Source of the DNA: an uncultured Chloroflexia bacterium
GTDB lineage: Bacteria > Chloroflexota > Chloroflexia > DTKN01
Assembly: GCA_964613665.1 (NCBI GenBank)
Contig: CAZTIG010000018.1
Span: forward strand, 2,174 to 66,173
Length of the DNA stretch: 64,000 bases
Direction: 5' to 3'
Part shown: positions 48,368-57,106 of the stretch, in pieces
Position numbering within the stretch: the first letter of the stretch is position 1
Layout: every line of letters begins with the position of its first letter
Notes under the pieces: generated by a model
The model's database searches: none
The model's input: only the letters and a program-made list of their open reading frames with translations
Told to the model about the DNA's origin: nothing
Translations under genes and position numbers: made by a program

Positions 48368-48931
48368 TCAGAGAGAGCCGCTGCGAGGGGCGCTACGGCG
48401 CCACAGCCACACCCACAGCAGCGCGGCGGCGGCCACGGCCAGCCCGGAGACGGCCAGCCAAGGCCAGCGCAGGCCCTGCCACAGCGCGCCCAGCACGTGG
48501 CCCAGCGCGCCGAGGAGCTGCGGGACATCGCCCCATCCCGCGGCGGCGATCTCCTTTCCTCCCTGCCGCAGGAGCAGCCAGTCTTCCTGCCCGGGCTGCA
48601 GGCCCAGGAGGGCCGTCAGCGCGGCCAGCCCCACAAAGAGCAGCACCATCCCGGCCAGCACCGCCTGGCTGGCCCGCGTCCAGATCGGCACAGGGAGGGC
48701 CAGCGATCGACGGTCCGCGGGGAGACGCGCCAGCACCCTGGCCGAAAGGCCGGCCGGCGGGTCCAGCCACTGGGGGCGGCCCAGGACATCGTGAGCGCGG
48801 CGCATGGCGGCCCAGGTAGCCCGGCAGCGGGCACACCGCTCCAGGTGCCGGGAGAGGCGGGCTAGCTCCTGGGGAGGCAGTCCTCCATCGAGCTGCAGCG
48901 ACATCAGGCTGCTGGCCGCACGACAGCGCAT
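48368..48931 (-). CDS. anti-sigma factor (zf-HC2 type) with TM segments
   Basis: MRCRAASSL...LSRHLERCARC is the H-x3-C-x2-C motif. An alternative start at ATG 48904 forms TGATG with the sigma stop. Confidence 0.7.
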   Translation of the reverse strand: MRCRAASSLMSLQLDGGLPPQELARLSRHLERCARCRATWAAMRRAHDVLGRPQWLDPPAGLSARVLARLPADRRSLALPVPIWTRASQAVLAGMVLLFVGLAALTALLGLQPGQEDWLLLRQGGKEIAAAGWGDVPQLLGALGHVLGALWQGLRWPWLAVSGLAVAAAALLWVWLWRRSAPRSGSL

Positions 48932-49482
48932 CGCTCTTCTTCCTCTTGCATCGCCCGGGCCAGCATGTTGCGTGCCCGGTGCAGCCGCGTCTTGACCGTG
49001 TTCAGCGACAGGCCGGCCGCGGCAGCAATCTCCTCATATGACAGGTCGTACCAGTAGCGCAACACGACGACCACCCGGTACTTGTCGGGCAGGCGCTGCA
49101 AGAGCCGCTGGAGCTGGGCGGACTCCTCCGCGCGCAATACCCCGCTCGAAGGCTCCTCCACGTCCGCCGCCAGCCGGAACGAGACGTCCTCCAGCGACAT
49201 CCAGGCATATCGCCGCCGGCGCAGGATATCCACGCACAGGTTGGAGGCGATCGCCAGGAGCCAGGAGGAGAACTTCCGGCCCAACTGGAAGGACGGGAGG
49301 GCCGCATAGGCCCGCAGAAAGGACTCCTGCGCAGCGTCCTCGGCATCTTCGGCATTCCCCAGCAGGCGGTAGGCCAGGTTGTACACCTGCCGCTGGTAGC
49401 GACAGACTAGCTGTGCAAAGGCCGGCTGGTCGCCCTGCAACGCCTGCAAGATCCAGATTTGTTCTTCCTGCGCTGGATCCAT
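48904..49482 (-). CDS. ECF-type RNA polymerase sigma factor
   Basis: Region 2 (YRYQRQVYNLAYRLLGNAEDAEDAAQESFLRAY) and region 4 (LSYEEIAAAAGLSLNTVKTRLHRAR). Confidence 0.9.
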   Translation of the reverse strand: MDPAQEEQIWILQALQGDQPAFAQLVCRYQRQVYNLAYRLLGNAEDAEDAAQESFLRAYAALPSFQLGRKFSSWLLAIASNLCVDILRRRRYAWMSLEDVSFRLAADVEEPSSGVLRAEESAQLQRLLQRLPDKYRVVVVLRYWYDLSYEEIAAAAGLSLNTVKTRLHRARNMLARAMQEEEERCAVVRPAA

Positions 49483-49497
49483 CGCCGTTACTCTCTG

Positions 49498-49524
49498 ATT
49501 ACGGAGATACGGGAGGAATGTTCC
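49498..49524 (-). promoter_or_regulatory. ECF-type promoter-like motif in front of the sigma gene
   Basis: Minus strand reads GGAAC-N16-CGTAAT in the 54-nt gap between the GTPase stop and the sigma ATG. It would leave a very short leader. Confidence 0.3.
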
Positions 49525-49536
49525 GTGAGGAAGGCG

Positions 49537-50070
49537 CTATCCTTCCTCGGCCTCCTGCAGAACCAGGTAGAGCAGTTCCAGCAGAACCGCCTTGACGCTG
49601 TCGCGGCGGGTGGCTGCACAGGGCAGCACCTTGATGGTCTCGGGCAGGCGCAGCGCCAGGCGCAGCTCTTCCGGGGACCAGGCATTGTCCAGGTCCTGCT
49701 TGTTGGCCACGATGAGATAGGGGCTCTCGCGGTAGGAGGTGAAAAAGTCGACGATGCGCAGCGTCTCGCGGAACGTCTCCGGCCGGGTGCTGTCCACCAG
49801 GATGAGCAGCCCCAGCATGCCCTCGGAGAGAATCTCCCACATGAAGTCAAAGCGCTTCTGGCCCGGCGTGCCAAAGAGGTGCAGCACCAGATCGTTGGCG
49901 ATGGTGATGCGGCCAAAGTCCATGGCCACGGTCGTCTCCGCCTTGATCTGGCTGACCTCGTCGGTCGAGCGGCGTTCGGTGGAAACGACCTCGATCTCGC
50001 TGATGGTGCGGATGAACTGGGTCTTGCCAGAGTTCACCGCTCCGGTGATGACCATCTTGACCGTCTTCAC
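49537..50070 (-). CDS. small Ras-like GTPase (COG2229/CvnD-like ATP/GTP-binding protein)
   Basis: P-loop GAVNSGKT, switch II FGTPGQ, NKQD. GTG 50070 lies 8 nt after GGGAGGAG. Confidence 0.8.
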   Translation of the reverse strand: MKTVKMVITGAVNSGKTQFIRTISEIEVVSTERRSTDEVSQIKAETTVAMDFGRITIANDLVLHLFGTPGQKRFDFMWEILSEGMLGLLILVDSTRPETFRETLRIVDFFTSYRESPYLIVANKQDLDNAWSPEELRLALRLPETIKVLPCAATRRDSVKAVLLELLYLVLQEAEEG

Positions 50071-50183
50071 CTACCCAGCTCCTCCCGGCAGCCGGACAAC
50101 GACGGCAGTGCGTAGATCGGGTGGCAAGGCGAGCGCCAAGGCCACCAGGTTAGCGGTTTGACAGCGCCCCGGTCCAAGGGGAA

Positions 50184-51002
50184 CTACATCCCTCGAATCC
50201 GCTCGATGATCCGGTTGATGAGGCTGCGCTTGGGGCGCTCAACCGGGACCGGGGCGCTAACCCCAGGGGGGGGTGAAGGTTTCTCCTTCACCAGTTCCAC
50301 CAGGCCGGCCGAGATAAAGCCATAGATGATCCGGCAGACCTCGAATTCGCCCAGGCCGGTGCGCTCGGAGATCGTGCGCACCGCGTCCTTGCCGTTGATG
50401 CGGGCAAAGACGCGCCACTCGTCGGGCGTCAGGTTGACCCCCTTGGCGCGCTCGCTGGGCTGGTCCACGAACTTGACCACCACCTCGGTGCTGGGGATGC
50501 GATCGCGGATGCGGCTCCACTCGTCAATGCGCCGCACGCCCTCCATGATGATGTTCTCTACCCCCAGTGGGAGCGTGATCATCACGTCGCCCGGGGCCAC
50601 CAGCACGCCGGCGTCGAAGCGGAACTCCCCGTCCGCCCAGGTGAAGAGGCGATAGACCGTCTCCTCGATCTGGGTACGGACGTGCCGCCGCAGCTCCTCG
50701 TCCGCCACGTAGCCGAGGTCGACCAGGACGGCGCCCAGCGGCTTGCCGGCATAGGGTCCCTGCTGGAGATGCACGGCGTGATCGCGCTGTTCGCTGGTGA
50801 TGCGGCCGACCCGCACCAGCATCTCCCCCAGGCGCTCCTCGCGGCTGTACTGGGTGGCATAGACCAGCTTGCCCTTTTCAAAGTACAGCGTGGCGGCGTC
50901 GTCGGAGCGCTTGAGGGTCAGCCGGCCTGTCTTGTAGCCGCGGTCGACCAGGTAGAGAAAGTCCGCCAGGTTAAAGTCGCGCAGGTTGCCAACCAGTGCC
51001 AT
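50184..51002 (-). CDS. DUF4388 domain protein with an inserted tandem MshEN-like motif
   Basis: MALVGNLRDFNLADFLYLV. The insert has RLGEMLVRVGRITSEQRDHAVHLQ and PLGAVLVDLGYVADEELRRHVRTQ. The C-terminus is paralogous to 31065-31895 (IMEGVRRIDEW...DEWRVFARINGKDAVRTISERTGLGEFEV). Confidence 0.8.
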   Translation of the reverse strand: MALVGNLRDFNLADFLYLVDRGYKTGRLTLKRSDDAATLYFEKGKLVYATQYSREERLGEMLVRVGRITSEQRDHAVHLQQGPYAGKPLGAVLVDLGYVADEELRRHVRTQIEETVYRLFTWADGEFRFDAGVLVAPGDVMITLPLGVENIIMEGVRRIDEWSRIRDRIPSTEVVVKFVDQPSERAKGVNLTPDEWRVFARINGKDAVRTISERTGLGEFEVCRIIYGFISAGLVELVKEKPSPPPGVSAPVPVERPKRSLINRIIERIRGM

Positions 51003-51040
51003 GGGCACCCCCCTGTTGGGTAAGGTTTGCCAGTGGTTCT

Positions 51041-51069
51041 ATTATACTTGCTTCGGGGCACTACGTCAA
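51041..51069 (-). promoter_or_regulatory. sigma-70 promoter for the DUF4388-GTPase cluster
   Basis: Minus strand reads TTGACG-N17-TATAAT. Confidence 0.6.
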
Positions 51070-51076
51070 CACGGAG

Positions 51077-51105
51077 TTGCGCGTCCCCAGCGACTATAGT
51101 ACAAT
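51077..51105 (+). promoter_or_regulatory. sigma-70 promoter for the DUF2342-like metalloprotease gene
   Basis: TTGCGC-N17-TACAAT (an overlapping TATAGT is also present). Confidence 0.55.
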
Positions 51106-51147
51106 AGCATTGCCACGGGCCAGGAACGCCTGCCCGGTAGGAGGTGC

Positions 51148-52326
51148 ATGTTGCCACGCAACCGAGCCCCTTTGCTGGCCGGCGGCTTTCTCATGGGAGC
51201 CACCGCCGGCCTGCTGTGGACCTGGCGGCGCATCCGGCAGATCGTCCGCCATGGCCTGCCCGGCCTCATCGACTGGGAGAGGGTCCAGAAGATCGCCGGC
51301 CGCTCCTGCCAGGACGGTGGCGTGGCCCCCGGCGCCGGTCCCTTCTTCTCCGGCCTGGTCGGGCGCGGCATCTACGAGGTCTCCGGCTACACCGGCCAAC
51401 AGCTGCCCTCCGCGCGCCTGTCCCTGCACATCTTTACCCGGCAGCAGTGGCTCGAGGCCAACATCCAGACGTTCCGCGCCGTCCTGCAGCCGCTGGAGGA
51501 CATGTATAGGAAGGCCTCCTCACCGCGCAACCCGCTGACGGTCGTCTTTGGCAGCCCGGTGGAGGCGTTCCTCAGTCAGCAGATGGGCATGCTCCTGGGA
51601 TACCTGGCCCAACGCGTCTTGGGGCAGTACGACATCGCCCTCCTGGGGAGGGAACCGCTGCACGACGGACAGCTCTACTTTGTCGAGCCGAACATCCGCG
51701 CCACCCAGGCCCAGCTCGGACTGACCGGCAACGACTTCCCCCTCTGGGTGGCACTGCACGAGACCACCCACGCCTTTGAGTTCGAGACCCATCCCTGGCT
51801 GCGCGGACACTTCAACGCCCTCCTGCAGGAGTACCTGGCCGACCTGGAGGGCGAGGCGGAGCGCCTCGGCGAGATGCTCTCCCTGGCAGGCCTGGGCGAG
51901 TTGTTCAAGCCTTCGCCGGATGGCGAGTCCTGGCTGTTGCGGGCGCTGACCCCGCGCCAGCGCAAGGTCTTTGAGCAGATGCAGGCGCTGATGTGCATCG
52001 TCGAGGGGTACAGCAACCACGTGATGAAGCATGTGGGCCGGCAGATCCTGCCCACCTTCGACCTGATCGAGTCGCGCATCGCCGCCCGCCAGGCCCAGCG
52101 CAGCCAGATGGAGCGCCTGTTCATCCGCCTGACCGGCCTGGAGCTGAAGATGGAGCAGTACCGTCTGGGGGAGAGCTTCGTCGCAGCCGTGGTGGAGGCG
52201 CGCGGGCTCCCCTTCCTGCAGCGGGTCTGGGACGGCCCGGAGAGACTGCCGACGCTGGCCGAGATCAACCAGCCGGGGCAGTGGATCGCACGCATGGAGG
52301 CCGCCGATGGCACAGCGGGTCGGTGA
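51148..52326 (+). CDS. zinc metalloprotease-like hydrolase (DUF2342 family pattern)
   Basis: HExxH in WVALHETTHAFEF, an N-terminal hydrophobic segment, and TAGGAGGTGC before the ATG. Confidence 0.7.
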   Translation: MLPRNRAPLLAGGFLMGATAGLLWTWRRIRQIVRHGLPGLIDWERVQKIAGRSCQDGGVAPGAGPFFSGLVGRGIYEVSGYTGQQLPSARLSLHIFTRQQWLEANIQTFRAVLQPLEDMYRKASSPRNPLTVVFGSPVEAFLSQQMGMLLGYLAQRVLGQYDIALLGREPLHDGQLYFVEPNIRATQAQLGLTGNDFPLWVALHETTHAFEFETHPWLRGHFNALLQEYLADLEGEAERLGEMLSLAGLGELFKPSPDGESWLLRALTPRQRKVFEQMQALMCIVEGYSNHVMKHVGRQILPTFDLIESRIAARQAQRSQMERLFIRLTGLELKMEQYRLGESFVAAVVEARGLPFLQRVWDGPERLPTLAEINQPGQWIARMEAADGTAGR

Positions 52327-52891
52327 GACAATCGAGGTCAGCATCCACAAGTTCGAGGCCCAGAGCTACGACCTCTACCTGTCGCCTCCCTTCGGATCGT
52401 TCATCCGCGTGGCCAGCACCGCCCCCGGCGTCGAGATCTATGCCGTCGTCGAGGAGATCCGTAGCGGGCCCATCGACGCCTCGCGGCCGGTGGTGGCCCG
52501 CGGGGCCGACCTGGCCAGCGAGGAGGCGATCTACCAGGAGAACCCCCACTTTCAGCACGTCATGCGCACCAGCTTCTCGGCCGTGGTGGTCGGCTACGTC
52601 CAGGACGGCCGGCCGCTGCACATGCTGCCGCCGCAGCCACCGCGCATCCACGGCTTTGTGCACGCGTGCGCGCCCGAGGAGATCGCCGCCTTCACCCAGC
52701 GTTTCGGCTTCCTGCGCCTGCTCAAGGCGGCCCAGGCCTCCAACGACCTGCTGTCGGCCTGCGTGCGCGGCGCGGCGGCGGCGCGCGCCGGCGAGGCCGG
52801 CTACCTGGTGGAGGCCGGGAAGGAGCTCATGGTCCTCCTGGCCGACGACCCGGAAAGGCTGAATGTGCTGCTGCCGCTGCTGCAGGGCTGA
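52307..52891 (+). CDS. hypothetical protein
   Basis: The 194-aa ORF overlaps the previous gene by 20 nt and has coding-like composition. I recognise no motif. Confidence 0.5.
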   Translation: MAQRVGETIEVSIHKFEAQSYDLYLSPPFGSFIRVASTAPGVEIYAVVEEIRSGPIDASRPVVARGADLASEEAIYQENPHFQHVMRTSFSAVVVGYVQDGRPLHMLPPQPPRIHGFVHACAPEEIAAFTQRFGFLRLLKAAQASNDLLSACVRGAAAARAGEAGYLVEAGKELMVLLADDPERLNVLLPLLQG

Positions 52892-52911
52892 GAGACACCA
52901 GAGCGCCGCCA

Positions 52912-55900
52912 ATGGGAACGAGAGGCCGACAGAAGCGTGAAGGCGTGCCCCCAGCCGGCCGCCGGTGCGGCGGCCGACTGGGCATGGCCGCCCTGCTGCT
53001 GCTGGCGCTGGCCGCCTGTGCCCCCCCCGCTACGCCCCCGCCCACGGCCGCGCCCGCCTCCCCCACGGCGGAACCGACCCCGATCTCCACGCCCCCGCCG
53101 CCCCCGCGCGTCACCACCACCCCAGGGCCGCCGACGACGCCGCCCGCGCCGTTGGGCCTGGTGCGCCTATGGCGCACCGCCACCGGGGACACCGTCTGGG
53201 ACCTCGTCGCCGCCGACATCGCCGGCGACGGCCGGCCGGAGGTGTGGGCGGCCTCCTACGACCACAGCCTCTACCTGATCACCGCCACCGGCGGGATCAG
53301 TTGGTCCGTGCCCAGCCCCGGCCCGCTCTACGCCGCCGCGCCGGCCGACCTGGACGGTGACGGCCGCCCCGAGCTCCTCATCGGCGGCGACGGCAATGTC
53401 GTCCAGGCCGTCTCCCGCGCCGGCGCCACGCTCTGGTCCTATCGGGCCGGCAGCCGCGTCACCCACCTGGCGGCCGGCGACGTCGACGGCGATGGCCAGG
53501 TCGAGGCACTGGCGGCGACGTGGGATGGCATCCTGCACGTCATTGCCGCGGACGGCACGCTGCGGCGGCGCGTTGCCTTGGAAAGCGAATCCACCGCCCT
53601 GGCCACGGCCGATGTCGACGGCGACCGCTTCCCGGAGATCCTCGTCGGTACCGCGGCCGGTCAGGTGCTGGCCCTGACGGGCGGCGGCACGCTCCTGTGG
53701 CAACAGGGGCTGACGGGAGCTGTACGCGCGCTCCTGCCGGGCGACCTGGACGGCGACCGCCGCGAGGACGTGCTGGTGGGCTGCCGTGACGGGATGGTGG
53801 CGCTGATCGGGCTGGACGGCGAGCCCCGCTGGGCCCAGCGGGCCGGTGACACCATCGTCAGCCTGGCCGGCCTGGGGGCGCGCCGCCTCGTCTTCCTGGG
53901 ACTGGCCCACGGCATCGCCGCACTGGACGCGACCAGCGGTCTCCTCCAGTGGTCGCAGGCCACCCCCCAGGGCGTCTGGAGCCTGCTCATCTTGGGCCTG
54001 GCCGATCCGGTCCTGGCTGCCGGAACCGACGGCGGGCAGATCTACCTGCTCAACATGCACGGTCAGGTGCGCGGCGTCACCGCCCTGCCCTCGCGCGTGC
54101 GCGGGTTGACCAGCGCCGACCTGGACCGCGACGGCCGGCCCGACCTGCTGGCGCACGCCGGCGATTATGTCTACGCCTTTCGCACCGACCCCCAGGGCGA
54201 GGCCGGTGAGCCGGCGCCCACCGTGACGACGCTGCCGCGCTGGCCCTCGCCCTCGCCGCTGGCAGCCCCACCCGAGGGCCGCATCGCCCTGGCTGCCGTG
54301 GGCGACGTCATGCTGGGCCGCAGCATCGAGGAGCGCATGGAGGCCTATGGCACCGACTACCCCTTCCAGGCGCTGGCGCCGCTCCTGCGCCAGGCCGACA
54401 TCACGGTGGGCAACCTGGAGAGCGTCCTGTCCCAGGGCGGGGAACCGGCAGCCAAGATGTTTGTCTTTCGCGGCCATCCGCGGATGGCCGCCGGCCTGGC
54501 CGAGGCCGGCTTCGACGTGCTCAACCTGGCCAATAACCACATCCTCGACTATGGCGCGGAAGGCGTCACCGAGACGTTGGCCGCGCTCGAGGGGCAAGGC
54601 GTGCACGGCATCGGGGCCGGGCCACAGGCCGCCGATCCCGTGGTGGTGGAGGCCCGCGGCATCCGCGTGGCCTTCCTGGCCCGCAACATCGCCGGGCCGG
54701 CCCAGACCGGCGTCGCCGCCGTGCCCGACGAGGCGACCCTGCGGCGCGACGTCTGGCAGGCCCGCAAGCAGGTCGACGCGCTGGTCCTGCTGCTGCACAC
54801 CGGCACCGACTACGACGACCAGCCCACGCCGCAGCAGCGCGCTCTGGCCCGCACGGCCGTCGAGGCCGGCGCCGACCTGGTCATCGGCTACCACCGCTAC
54901 CTGGTCCAGGACACCGAGCAGTACGGCCGCGGCTTTATCGCCTACGGCCTGGGCGACTTTTCCTTCGACATCGACATCGTCGACGAGGCACGCGACGGCG
55001 CCGTGCTGTGGGTGCTGCTGAGCAAGGACGGCGTCGCCCAGGTGGACTGGATCCCCACGCGCACTGTGGATGACGTGCAGCCGCGCGCCCGGCCGGCCCC
55101 CGGCGGGCGCGTGGAGATGGCCAGCCTGCTGGTCCAGGCCGGCGAACCGCTGGCCGCGCCGCCGGCCCCGCGGCCCAGCTACATCCTGGCCGCCAGCGCG
55201 GCCACGGCGACCGGGCCCGTCTCGGTCCAGCAGACGGTCGTGTTCCCCAACACCACGGGCGACTCCCTGAACGACCTGTACTTCTTCGTCTTCCCCAACG
55301 CGCTCCCGGGCGCCTTTGCCCTGGGCACGGTGCAGGTCCAACAGGAGCGGACCTATGTCCCCTCCTATGTGCTCGCCGACACGACGCTGCACCTCTTCCT
55401 CGGCGCGCCGCTGGCCCCGGGCGGCGCGCTCACGGTGACCATGGCCTATACTCTCTCGCCGCCGACGATCGACCCGGCCGCCCTGCCCCCGGCCGGCGTT
55501 CTGGGGCACAGCGCCGACGGCCGCGCGCTGAACCTGGGCCACTGGTACCCGCAGCTGGTGCCCTACCTGCACGGCTATGGCTGGCAGACGTGGGAGTACC
55601 ACGCGGTGGGCGATCCGTTCTACGCCGACCTGGCGGACTATCGCCTCACCGTCGATGTGCCGGCCGGCTACAGCGCCTTTGGCGCCGGCGAGCGCGGTCA
55701 GGAGGGCACGCGCTGGCGCTTCTCGCTGGACGCGGTGCGAGATTTCGCCCTGGTGATCGGGCGGGACTATGCCCAGGAGAGCGGCCAGTTCGGCGGGGTC
55801 ACCGTGCGCTCCGTCTACCGGCCGGAGCATGCCGCGGCCGGCCGTGCCGTGCTGGACGACACGCTGCGGGCACTGCAGCTCTTCCAGGAACGCTACGGCC

Positions 55901-56457
55901 CCTACCCGGCGCCCACCTTCACCGTCGTCGAGAGCGATATGGGCGGAGCCCAGGAGTACGGCCACATGGCCGTTCTGGGGTCCCGCTTCTACGACTCGTA
56001 CGAGGGGCTCCCGACAGCGACGCTGCCCGGCCTGACCGTCCACGAGCTGGCCCACCAGTGGTGGTACAACGTCGTCGGGAACGACGGTGTGCGCGAGCCG
56101 TGGCTGGACGAGGCCCTGGCTACCTACAGCGAGCTCGTCTACTACGAGCACGTCTACAGCACCGCGGTGGGCTGGTGGTGGGAGCAGCGTGACCGCTGGG
56201 CGCCGCGCGGGCCGGTCGATACCTCCATCTACGACTTTGCCGACACCGCCACCTACATCCACAACCTGTACGGCCAGGCGGCGCACTTTCTGCAAGACCT
56301 GCGCGCCCAGATGGGCGACGAGCCCTTCTTCTCCTTCCTGCAGCGTTACTACCGCGACAACACCTGGCGGCGGGCCACGCGGCGCGACTTTTTCCGGGCG
56401 CTGACCGCGGCCGGGGTGGAGGTGGAAGAGCTGGTCCAGGTGTATTTCCAGCAGTAG
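52912..56457 (+). CDS. large lipoprotein: FG-GAP/VCBS-like propeller + CapA (PGA_cap) metallophosphatase-like domain + M1-type zinc peptidase domain
   Basis: Lipobox LALAAC and a Pro/Thr linker. DxDGDG repeats (DLDGDGRPELLIG, DVDGDGQVE, DVDGDRFPE, DLDGDRRED, DLDRDGRPD). The CapA-like block is VGDVMLGR...GNLES...NLANNH. The M1 peptidase motif is HELAHQWW-x-E (HExxH-X18-E). The start could also be ATG 52984. Confidence 0.8.
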   Translation: MGTRGRQKREGVPPAGRRCGGRLGMAALLLLALAACAPPATPPPTAAPASPTAEPTPISTPPPPPRVTTTPGPPTTPPAPLGLVRLWRTATGDTVWDLVAADIAGDGRPEVWAASYDHSLYLITATGGISWSVPSPGPLYAAAPADLDGDGRPELLIGGDGNVVQAVSRAGATLWSYRAGSRVTHLAAGDVDGDGQVEALAATWDGILHVIAADGTLRRRVALESESTALATADVDGDRFPEILVGTAAGQVLALTGGGTLLWQQGLTGAVRALLPGDLDGDRREDVLVGCRDGMVALIGLDGEPRWAQRAGDTIVSLAGLGARRLVFLGLAHGIAALDATSGLLQWSQATPQGVWSLLILGLADPVLAAGTDGGQIYLLNMHGQVRGVTALPSRVRGLTSADLDRDGRPDLLAHAGDYVYAFRTDPQGEAGEPAPTVTTLPRWPSPSPLAAPPEGRIALAAVGDVMLGRSIEERMEAYGTDYPFQALAPLLRQADITVGNLESVLSQGGEPAAKMFVFRGHPRMAAGLAEAGFDVLNLANNHILDYGAEGVTETLAALEGQGVHGIGAGPQAADPVVVEARGIRVAFLARNIAGPAQTGVAAVPDEATLRRDVWQARKQVDALVLLLHTGTDYDDQPTPQQRALARTAVEAGADLVIGYHRYLVQDTEQYGRGFIAYGLGDFSFDIDIVDEARDGAVLWVLLSKDGVAQVDWIPTRTVDDVQPRARPAPGGRVEMASLLVQAGEPLAAPPAPRPSYILAASAATATGPVSVQQTVVFPNTTGDSLNDLYFFVFPNALPGAFALGTVQVQQERTYVPSYVLADTTLHLFLGAPLAPGGALTVTMAYTLSPPTIDPAALPPAGVLGHSADGRALNLGHWYPQLVPYLHGYGWQTWEYHAVGDPFYADLADYRLTVDVPAGYSAFGAGERGQEGTRWRFSLDAVRDFALVIGRDYAQESGQFGGVTVRSVYRPEHAAAGRAVLDDTLRALQLFQERYGPYPAPTFTVVESDMGGAQEYGHMAVLGSRFYDSYEGLPTATLPGLTVHELAHQWWYNVVGNDGVREPWLDEALATYSELVYYEHVYSTAVGWWWEQRDRWAPRGPVDTSIYDFADTATYIHNLYGQAAHFLQDLRAQMGDEPFFSFLQRYYRDNTWRRATRRDFFRALTAAGVEVEELVQVYFQQ

Positions 56458-56468
56458 GGAAAGACAGG

Positions 56469-56502
56469 CGACAGACGACAGCCCCAGGTCTGTCGTCTGT
56501 CG
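56469..56502 (+). terminator. hairpin between convergent genes
   Basis: A 13-bp perfect stem (CGACAGACGACAG / CTGTCGTCTGTCG) with an 8-nt loop, followed by UCCUUCG. Confidence 0.5.
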
Positions 56503-56541
56503 TCCTTCGCCGGTCGTCCGCAGCCTCTCCCCCCTTCCTCC

Positions 56542-57084
56542 CTACCCCTCGAACATGGGCAGCTCCTGCTCGTCAAAGTACCACGCCCCCTGCGTCTGCA
56601 GGTACTCGTAGGCGCGCTGGATAAAGTCAAAGTGCTTCTGCTCCTGGTCGCCCAGGAACTGGTAGAGGGCCCGGCCGGCCGGGTCGTCGGTCTCGCCTGC
56701 CAGCCGCCGGTACATCCGGTAGCCCCGCCGCTCGAAATCGAGCGCGATCTCCAGGGCCTTGAGGTCGTCCGGCTCCGCCGGGAGCAGCGCCGCCAGGGCC
56801 TCGTCCTCCTGGGGAAAAAGCTGCTCGACCGCGGCCCCCGGCTCCAGCTCGCAGGCCTGCTCCATGCTGAGCCACTGCCCGCCGCCGGCCAGGGACCCGT
56901 ACTGGACCTTGAGCAGGCGCAGGTGCCCGACCTCCTCGTGGGCCAGGCTGCGAAAGACCTCGCGCCCCTTCTCATCGCGGGTCCGCTCCCCCGCCTTGCG
57001 GTAGAACGTCACTCCCTGCAGCTCGGTCTGGATGCCCTGGTGCAGGGCCTGGAGCACAGCACTCTGTTCCATCGCGACCTCCAT
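56542..57084 (-). CDS. ferritin-like / rubrerythrin-family diiron protein (no rubredoxin domain)
   Basis: Two ExxH half-sites (LAHEEVGH and DQEQKHFD) in a four-helix-bundle-like layout. Confidence 0.7.
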   Translation of the reverse strand: MEVAMEQSAVLQALHQGIQTELQGVTFYRKAGERTRDEKGREVFRSLAHEEVGHLRLLKVQYGSLAGGGQWLSMEQACELEPGAAVEQLFPQEDEALAALLPAEPDDLKALEIALDFERRGYRMYRRLAGETDDPAGRALYQFLGDQEQKHFDFIQRAYEYLQTQGAWYFDEQELPMFEG

Positions 57085-57106
57085 AGACGATTGACGATTG
57101 ACCTCG

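Noticed and set aside
53167-56295. Very long antisense ORFs: 1042 aa here, 944 aa at 59808-62642, 611 aa at 27827-29662, 552 aa at 40431-42089, and 568 aa at 34438-36144.
   Set aside because: All lie opposite genes with strong motif support (the M1/CapA fusion, ileS/plsY, mtaB, ppdK, the HlyD-family gene). They have Arg/Gly/Ala/Pro-dominated composition. Their length is explained by the scarcity of stop codons.
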